Source: Octopus sinensis
Lineage: Eukaryota
Reading direction: 5' to 3'
Length of the DNA stretch: 64,000 nt
Assembly: GCF_006345805.1 (NCBI RefSeq)
Contig: NC_042998.1
Span: forward strand, 72,292,001-72,356,000
Position numbers and translations under genes: made by a program. Below are positions 55,201 to 64,000 of the stretch, piece after piece (position 1 is the first letter of the stretch; each line of letters starts with the position of its first letter). The notes below the pieces were generated by a model. The model was not told the origin of the DNA. It did not search any database and saw nothing but the letters and a program-made list of their open reading frames with translations.

Positions 55201-55610
55201 AATACTGAAGGGAAACAAATATATACAACATAATTTCCTCTCTTGACCAAAAGTAATAAAAATACCCGAAAATATTATTGAACCAAAGAAAATGAATACT
55301 ATAAAATATATGAAAGGCACGTTGCGTAATGGAACAGAAAGAACCTCAGTACCATAGAATTAGGGAACTTAATAGTTAGACTTGATGTGAAATAAGCACA
55401 TTGTTTTAAAGAGGCATAATTTCGCCATACATACTTTAATATGAAAATTACATAAACGTATAGTTATGGAAATTATATATCAGAAATTATAGCGAATATT
55501 TACTAAGCAACAGAAACACGAATGATTTCCAAAGAAGAAAAACATGGAAATATTTTATTCCAAACCATAGAAAATGAAGTATATAACTACATATAAGAAT
55601 GGAATGAAAA

Positions 55611-55655
<45 letters not shown>

Positions 55656-55684
55656 ATATCTATCTATCTATCTATCTATCTATC

Positions 55685-55735
<51 letters not shown>

Positions 55736-55754
55736 ATGTCTCTATATATGTGTT

Positions 55755-55844
<90 letters not shown>

Positions 55845-55898
55845 TGTGTTTGTATGTGTGTTCATATATATATATATACATATAAATTTATAAATTTA

Positions 55899-56272
55899 GG
55901 CGCAGAATTGGGTGTAAGGTAAGTAGCTTCTTTACCAAGCACACGGTTCCAGGTTCAGTCCCACTGCGTAGCAACTGGGCAAGTATCTTCTAATATAGCC
56001 TCGTGACGGCCAAAACCTTGTGAATGTATTTGAAAGACGGAAACTGAATGAAGCCCGTCGTATATATATATATATATTTATATGTTTGTGTGTCTGTGTT
56101 TGTACTCCCAATATCTGGTGCGTTTACGTCCCCATTACTGAGAGGTTCGTGATGAGTGGTCGATAGAATAAGTATTAGGCTTACAAAGAATAAGTCAAGG
56201 GGTGAAATTGCTCGTCTAAATGCAGTGCTCCTGCATGGTCGCAGTCAAATAACTGAAACAAATAAAAGAAAA
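55899..56272 (+). mobile_element. SINE family A, diverged
   Basis: ggcgcagaattgggtgtaaggtaagtagc...gacggaaactgaatgaagcccgtcg. Confidence 0.8.
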
Positions 56273-56479
56273 CAATGAAACAATATATAAATTTATATAT
56301 ATATATACACTTGATGGTCATTTCTTTCAGGGTGGTGGGATTTGCGTAGGCCAACGAATCTGCGAGCGATATCGTAGGGTGTTCTAATCTCCTGCTAGTG
56401 TTGCTCTTGGCGGCAATGTTGAAGTCTAGGCACAGACTATCCGCATCTTGCTCCCATAGACCCCAAACGGTAGAACAAG

Positions 56480-56960
56480 TGGATGAGGTTTACAACAGAT
56501 TTAAACACTTGAACCAGCAGATGAAGTGGTATACACGTGGCGGATACACAACAACAGGTGCCACTCGAGACTAAAACTGGGTCACCATCAGTCCGTTGTA
56601 GTTTCATAACTGACTTCTGAGAAACTCATTCCATATGTAGCACAGGAAGGTCATGAAATGAAGTGTGTGGATCATTTCCTGGCAAGTTGAGTTCCACCTT
56701 ATTCAAATTCACGCCATCGGCACGTTCTTCAGTTTAAGCAACACTGAAAGCCACTAAACTTGGGGCTAAGTCGTTTGAAGCACAAGCCCCAGACCGTATC
56801 ATGTGTAGTGTTCCATCACCAGTGGAACCCAAAATTTCGAAGCTTCCATTTGATAAAAAGGAAGAAATCAACCACCAGGTGGCAAATGTCATTGACTCTT
56901 CCATTCAAAAATTGGTCTACCTAGTCATAAATGCTATCACCTTAAATAAGCGATAAGCAA
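56480..56960 (+). mobile_element. Degenerate mariner transposase C-terminal region
   Basis: APD motif followed by FDKKEEINHQV and IQKLVY..HKC, matching mariner C-terminal pattern. Confidence 0.4.
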
Positions 56961-57766
56961 AGAAGAAATTAAATTCATGAATACGAGACATAGCCAGTGA
57001 TTTATATTTGTATGCGTGTGTGCGTGTGTGTGTCTGTGCATGCGTGTGTTGTGTGCATATGACTGGCGTATAGAAATGATTGGGACAGGGAAAGTTAAAT
57101 ATGCGTTAAGTTATAAACACAATAAAATAGATCTTTATACCTAGACTATATAAACTGATAGAATTAGAAACTGCGTATATCGCGTTGATGTATTGATTAG
57201 AAATATTTCATATTCCTTTTGATGGCATGTTTGGCCAATTTAGCTCAGTCACGGGGAATATGCAGATTACTCCAAGTGAAACTAGTAACAATATCTTTGA
57301 AACGAAAGCTATTCTTTCGGATATTTTTTCTGCATGAGGCATGTACAGAAAGCATGCTTTTGTGAGTAATAGATAATGTATTGTATAAGCTCCTAGGAAA
57401 AAATGTAGAACTAGATCTTGGCTACAACAAAAGCAACTTAGTCTAATACCATAGAAAAATATATTCAAATAAAATGCAAATGTTTTGAAATTTTGAGAGT
57501 TCATTTAATGTAACCATGAATAAATTCAAGGTAAAGTGCATCTGAAAATACTGAATAATGAAATTTAAAAATGCATAGTTCAATGATAATAATAATAATA
57601 ATAATAATAATAATCGAATGTTATGTACATCCTTTTGTCCATCTATCTTTCTATATAAGTATGTGTGTGCGTGTAAGTTTGTGTGTGAATGTATGAGTTT
57701 GTGGTTGTGTGTGCGAGTAACGTTGTGCGTAAGTGTATGAGTTTCTTTGTGCGTGCATGTGTACCA

Positions 57767-57814
<48 letters not shown>

Positions 57815-59039
57815 GTATGTGGGTGCACGTCCACCAAATAGATTTAAAGATGGAATATATGTTGCAGCATACCATTTCAATACACAGATTTTCTAACATT
57901 TCTGATCATCTATATTTCAGATGATAGTCATGATAGTGTGTTAGTAATGTTGAAAGTTAAATTAGAATTTTATCTACTGTCATGTTCTTAGATCAAAGGG
58001 TCTACTTCATTTCCATTACGATGAAATAACATACAAGAAAAGATATGTATATATATACACACACATGTACCGATAAGCAAACATTCATACACACATATAG
58101 ATCTATGCATATATACATATTTATGTGTATAGGTTAAGATAAATGCATATATATTCTTACACACATACATAATTATGTTTATACATTTACACATATAACC
58201 TAAATCGTTCCGTTATTCATATGTACATATGCATGTCCATGTTAAAGTGTGCATTAGGTATAAACCATTGTTTTTGAAGTTTAATTGATGAAATACAAGA
58301 GATGGTAAATAATTCTGGAATTCATTCTTTTTCCTTACAACATGAAAATAAAGTAGAATTGACATGGAAAGGTACGTTTATATATAGAAATTATTTTGAA
58401 AATAATATCCCTTTTGGAATTTTGAATATAATTTACAGCAAATATAAAGGCAATATATATTGATTTTAGTGAAATCAATTATAATAATGATTTATTACTT
58501 TAGTAGAGTAGACGGTATTCTGCAGAATAATTTACAACTTTTTTTTTTATTAATATTAGTTTATTTGCACGCTTACAGAAAACTATTCACATACATAATC
58601 TATTGAAAAAAAGACATCAAACCATTTTCATTCACAAAGACACAAACGGTCGTAGAAAACCTTTTACACAAAAACATCATATTTTCGAACAACTTATTTA
58701 GCGATGTAGATACTTTAGATAATGAAGGAATGCTGTACGTATTTATACGCATTTATACTAATATAAGGAGGCAGGGAGATACATTTAGATATAGCATGTA
58801 TGATCTGGAACTATTCAATATTCTATAAAAGAACATTGTAAGTGGTTTGAATTTAATAGGAAAACTACATTGTTTTTCTAATAATTTTTTCCAGTATGTT
58901 ATTTCAATTTACTATTTTGAATAGTCTATGTACGATTCAATTTCCCAGTACTCAAAACTCACCTAATACTAATATACAAATACATACCCACAGGGAAATA
59001 TGCACTTAAATTTACACACATACACACACACAGACAATG

Positions 59040-59088
<49 letters not shown>

Positions 59089-59328
59089 CTTTAAAGGTAG
59101 CTAGATATAGATGTAGATTTATAAATAGCTTTTATCGTTTGTTTCTTTCAGACATTTAGAATGTGGCCACGAACCGCCTTGGAGAACTTGAATCGATCAT
59201 ATCGACCCCGGTAATTGTTTTTTAAAGCCTAGTACTTATTCTATCGCTTCCTTTTGCAGAACCGCTATGTTACGGTGACTTAGACACAGAAATATACATA
59301 TATGTATGCACGTATATATAGGTATATA

Positions 59329-59405
<77 letters not shown>

Positions 59406-59407
<2 letters not shown>

Positions 59408-62400
59408 GACTGCCCCCTCGTTATCGAGTATGGCCATTGCACGAAACTTAACTTACTGGTGCTGTGATCGAATGTGACTTTTTAGCCCAGCTAAAGATCT
59501 ACAATGTCTTGTACAAAATTGGCAACTAAAACCTTTACTGGTAATAAGCGGGTGTAGTTGTAACTGGGCTTTATGTACCTTTGAATGTCGTTTAAGTCCT
59601 CCTGCCGAATTACACTCTCTTCCACATGCCCGACAGATATGATTAGTATGGTGTGTTACACCACTACCAGTGGCCAGATTGTCACTCATCTGTCTCGTTT
59701 TATGACTACGAAGATGATTCATGGGTCCAGCTTTACTGAGGCAGGGTCTTGCACAGACATTGAATGTCAGAATCAAATGAAGGCCCTTCCCTTCTGGAAG
59801 CGTAACAGCGATGCCCTTCCTGACATCCCTCCTTACTTTCTCATGTGCAACTCGAGATTTCTCAAACGAGGCTGTCCCTTCATGCACAATCCTTCTCCAC
59901 CTGCTACGATCAATAGGTATGCCTTCCCATGTGTCAGGAGAGATGCAAGCATCTCTTAAGGAAGCCTTCAGCAAGTCCTTATACCTCTTTTTTGTTTATG
60001 TGGAGGTCGTTCTCCTTTAGCTAACTCTCCATAAAAGAGTTGTTTTGGCATCCCTGAATCCTTCATTCTGACCAGATGACCACTCCATCTGACCCTTTGT
60101 TTAAGACAAGAGCTTCTATACTTTCACACCGAGAGCCTTCGAGTATTTCATGATCACTGATGCGGTCCTTCCACTTAATGCTATAGTTCCGTCTGAGGCA
60201 CATCTGATGGAAACGTTCCAGTTGTTTAAGGTGGTATCGATATGTGACCCACGTCTCGCAGGCATAGAGAAGAGAAGGGAGCACACATGCCTTGTACACC
60301 TTTATCTTTCTTTTTCTACATATGTCTCGCCGACTCCTGAGGCGCTTTTCTAGCCTTCCGAAAGCAACACTTGCTTTCCTAATTCTATATGGAATTTCAT
60401 CATCCACATTGCCATATCTATTAATAGTACTTCCCAGGTAGACAAACTGATCGACTACATCAAGTCGTTTACCATTCACATAGATATTTGGTACACTATA
60501 CTGCTTACCAGGGGCAAGTTGATGCATGACAACAGTTTTCTTGAGATTGACTGTTAATCCTAAGGCAGTGCAAGCCTCAGAGAATGCATTCAAAATGTGT
60601 TGCATATGAATCTCTGTGTGTGCTACTAGCTCACAATCATCAGCATACAAAAGGTCTCTTATGATAGAGGTAAATATCTTTGTTTTTGCAGCAAGGCGCC
60701 TGACATTAAATATGCTGCCAGAGGTTCGATAATGGACGTAAACACCGTATCTGCAGTTTCTGAATGCAATACAGAACACCATCGCGAAATATATGGAAAA
60801 TAGGGTCGGTGCCAGAATATCCCCCTGTTTCACTCCATTTTGTGTTGAAATGGGCTCCGACATCCTCCCTCTAACATTCACCCTACCATTCATGTCTTCA
60901 TGAAAAGACCTAACCAAAGCAAGGAACTTTTCCGGACACCCAAGTTTCTGGAGGACTTTCCACAATGCTTTTCTATTGACGGTATCAAAGGCTTTTGTCA
61001 GATCGACAAACACCTGATGCAAATCCAAACCCTGTTCCACCCACTTTTCCTGAAGCTGTCTAGCTGAAAATATCATATCAGCAGTGCCACGTCCCACACG
61101 AAAGCTAGATTGACTTTCTGGACGAACACAATCTGCAATGTATTTCAGCAGACGATCCAGAAGTATCCTGCATAAAACCTTTCCTACAGCAGACAGCAAT
61201 GATACTCCCCTATAATCATTCCTGTTGCCCTTTTCCTTATACAGGACCACCATTACTGCATCTCCCCAGTCTTCAGGTACAGATTCACTAGTCCATACCT
61301 TACCAAACAAAGAGTGAAGTTTCTGCAGAATTTTCTCACCACCATGCTGTAACAACTCCGCATGTATGCCATTCATACCCGGAGACGTTCCATTATTCAA
61401 CCTTGAGACAGCCATTGCAACTTATTCCAGCTTTGGTGGTTCTGCGAGTGCTGCCTTCACAGGTAATCCAGGGATGAGATTGAGAACATCCTCACTAACT
61501 ACAGACTGCTGATTCAAACGTTCATCAAAGTGTTCTTGCCACCTTCGCAGAATTCCTTGTGAATCACGAAGAAGTTCTTTACCATCCCTGCTTCGAATTG
61601 GTGTCATCAGTGGAGACGTCGGTCCATAAACTTCTCGCAAGAGACCATTCAGCTTTGTGTTATTGGAATCTGATGCCGCCTGTATCTCGTCAGCCTTCTT
61701 ACTCCACCACGTATCCCTCATCTGAGAGAGATTTTACCTCACACGTGATTTTACATCCTTGAGTTCACTATGCAGCACTTCACTTTCTTTGTATCAATCC
61801 CAGATCTTTCTTGCCCAAATCATAAACTGACTTTTTAAGGGTCGGCCAATCCTACCCAATATCTGCAGCATTCATTTCCTCTCGAAAAGTTCTCTTCACA
61901 CTATTATACCTAAGACGATCAACATTCAGTCTTTTAGGCAGGGTCATCCCTGCAGCTCCGATTTTATGTTTTGTGACTAATTTCACTTTTGCGCGTACTA
62001 GGCGGTGGTCAGTCCAACACTCAGCTCTACGAAGTACACGAACACACTGCACATCCTGTCTGTCACGCACCCTAACTAGGATGCAATCCAGAATATGCCA
62101 TTCTTTAGATGCAGGTTGCATCCATGTAGTCTTAAGCTTATTCTTTTGTTGAAACATATTTGTAACACACAGACTCACCTCATCACACATCTGCAGCAAA
62201 AGCATGCCATTACTATTACATTTCCCCACCCCATGCTTTCCAATTACAGTCCATATGTTAAAATCCCTAAGTCACCCAGTATGATGACTTTGTCTGCCCG
62301 AGGGATATTTCTTATAATGCCCTTCAAAGCATGGTAGAAAGAAAGTTTTTTGTCGTTAGTATAGCACATAGTTGGAGCATACACACTAACCAAGCTCATA

Positions 62401-63262
62401 TAATTTCCTTTAGCCAAAGGAATTCTCATGGACATAATACGCTCGTTAATTCCGATTGGGAATTCTTCCAACTTGTCCACTAGAGTAGTCTTAACAGCAA
62501 ATGCCACTCCAGCTTCTTCTCTAAGCTCTTCATCTCTCCCTTTCCAAAAGAATGTATATTTTCCACAAGATTCTGTAAGATGACCATCTCCAGGTAATCT
62601 CGTATCAGATAAAGCAACGATGTCAAGATCATAGCGTTGAAGCTCCTTTGCAACAAGCGCAGTCCTTCTTTCAGGACATTCAGAGGACTTGTGGTCTAGC
62701 AGTGTCCGTACATTCCAACAGCCAATATTCATTATTTTCTTTGGTTCTATCACAATAGCATGATGACGGCCGGGTTCAGACTGTGATGCTCTGGAGCCCC
62801 TGCCGGGCCAGAATCTTTCAGCCGGTGTGGTTCCAGAGTCCCTACTGCCATTTATTTTTATACTGTTTTGGTACATCATTGATTTTTGCTTTTTAAGGCT
62901 ACAGCAACCCATTCAGTTGAGACTTACAGCACTATCAACAATCAGGAATTAGTTAATCACTTTAATCAATCCAATGTAGTTATCGTGAAATATCTGTGCA
63001 AAAAGTTTTTTTTTAAAGTGAGGAAAGGCTGTGCGCTGAGTTAATCCCACTCACTAAGCAACAGCAGCCATAATCCGAAAAAAGAACAAGTCAACATCAT
63101 CGGTAACCACTGAGCCGCAGGTTTTATGTCGGAGTTATCCCAGTTACCTGAGTTACCTTCTCCTAGAAGGATGCCCTAACAGAGGCTAAGAGTCCTTCAC
63201 ACCAATGGTTTAACCGCGCGATCGGGTATTCAATCCGATTATTTCTATGTCCCCGCGCATGA
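59406..63262 (-). mobile_element. Full-length RTE (BovB-like) LINE with frameshifts and three C-terminal C2H2 fingers
   Basis: ~350-nt 5' UTR; APE (WNVRTL, ERRTALVA, SDTRL, WTDHRLV); RT (FVDLTKAFD, GVKQGDILAP, LYADD); ORF pieces at 62244-62912, 61852-62229, 61422-61721, 60063-61415, 59453-59974. Confidence 0.93.
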
Positions 63263-63849
63263 TACAGCCTTAATCCTTTAGAAGAAAAAAACATTTATTG
63301 GAAGCCGTTGACTCTCAAGAGTTCCTCCGCCCTTTGACGGGTTTTGTTTTTCATCTCGTAGGGTGTCCAATAAACACCCTCATCACCAAGCAAGCTTTGT
63401 GGGGTCACCGGTTTAGTCACCGACGACCCGACCATGCAACAGGTTGTTCTGGGTTACATGTTACCTGTAGCACTCGAAAGTGACCTGACATACAAAAAAA
63501 TACAGTTATATGTACAATCAAAAGATGTAAGGATACAATGGCTGGTGAGGAAGAAAGTAGGATTTAAATTCGCTTCGTGTATATATTTCTGTGCGGTGCG
63601 TGCTGATATATAAAACTGTGTGTACGGGTTTTCTAGAAAAAAATGTGTGTATGATTTTTCTAGAATTCGTGATGTACTTACACATATATTTACGAAGTAG
63701 AATGGCTTGTTTTCGATCGTGGTTGCTGCACATAGTAACACAGATTTACATCAAGGAGGCACAGTTATTTTCTTTTTGTAGAATCATTAAAGGTACTGTT
63801 CCAATGTCCAAGGAATGTACATATATATATATATATATAATTATATATA

Positions 63850-64000
63850 CTAGCAGAATTGCCCGGCGATGATTGGGGCTGAATTGCTTGAAAGTACTGT
63901 TTTTGCTTGCACTGAATTATGATGATTATTCAGGCTAATATTGATATAAGTTTACGGCGAATGAATGTATTTGTAAGTGTATAGAAAGCCGTGTAAAGGT
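63850..64000 (-). mobile_element. Helitron 3' end, runs off the window
   Basis: a|ctagcagaattgcccggcgat is the reverse complement of a hairpin+CTAG end like that at 26770-26796. Confidence 0.55.

Noticed and set aside
57209-57262. Strong stem catattcctt/ggggaatatg enclosing ttgatggc...gcc
   Set aside because: Hammerhead core and GAAA are not intact; too degenerate to call.

Overview
Eukaryotic, AT-rich, microsatellite-dense, repeat-dominated DNA. The SINE set and the (TA)n/(GATA)n/(CATA)n load resemble octopus genomes; this is recalled, not searched. No host protein-coding exon could be supported: the ORF track is microsatellite noise plus transposon fragments. Recognisable elements are RTE, CR1-group and R4/Dong-type non-LTR retrotransposons, Penelope-like (GIY-YIG) fragments, Tc1 (DD34E), rosa-type (DD41D) and mariner transposons, a hAT relic, Helitrons, tRNA-type SINEs, and a Merlin/IS1595-like transposon with 8-bp TSDs nested in a Penelope endonuclease. 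The strongest unannotated signal is a set of short non-coding, terminally redundant units of about 360-580 nt that carry type I hammerhead ribozymes. One has a canonical CUGAUGA core and two have complete U3-A8 covariant cores (UUGANAA); several relics are also present. These units sit in 5'-to-5' fold-back palindromes, and in three of five cases the inversion point lies within about 4-17 nt of the predicted self-cleavage site. A second notable item is a 435-bp bipartite non-autonomous derivative, with TSDs, of the full-length RTE at the end of the window. All alignments and folds were done by eye, so boundaries of degenerate elements are approximate.
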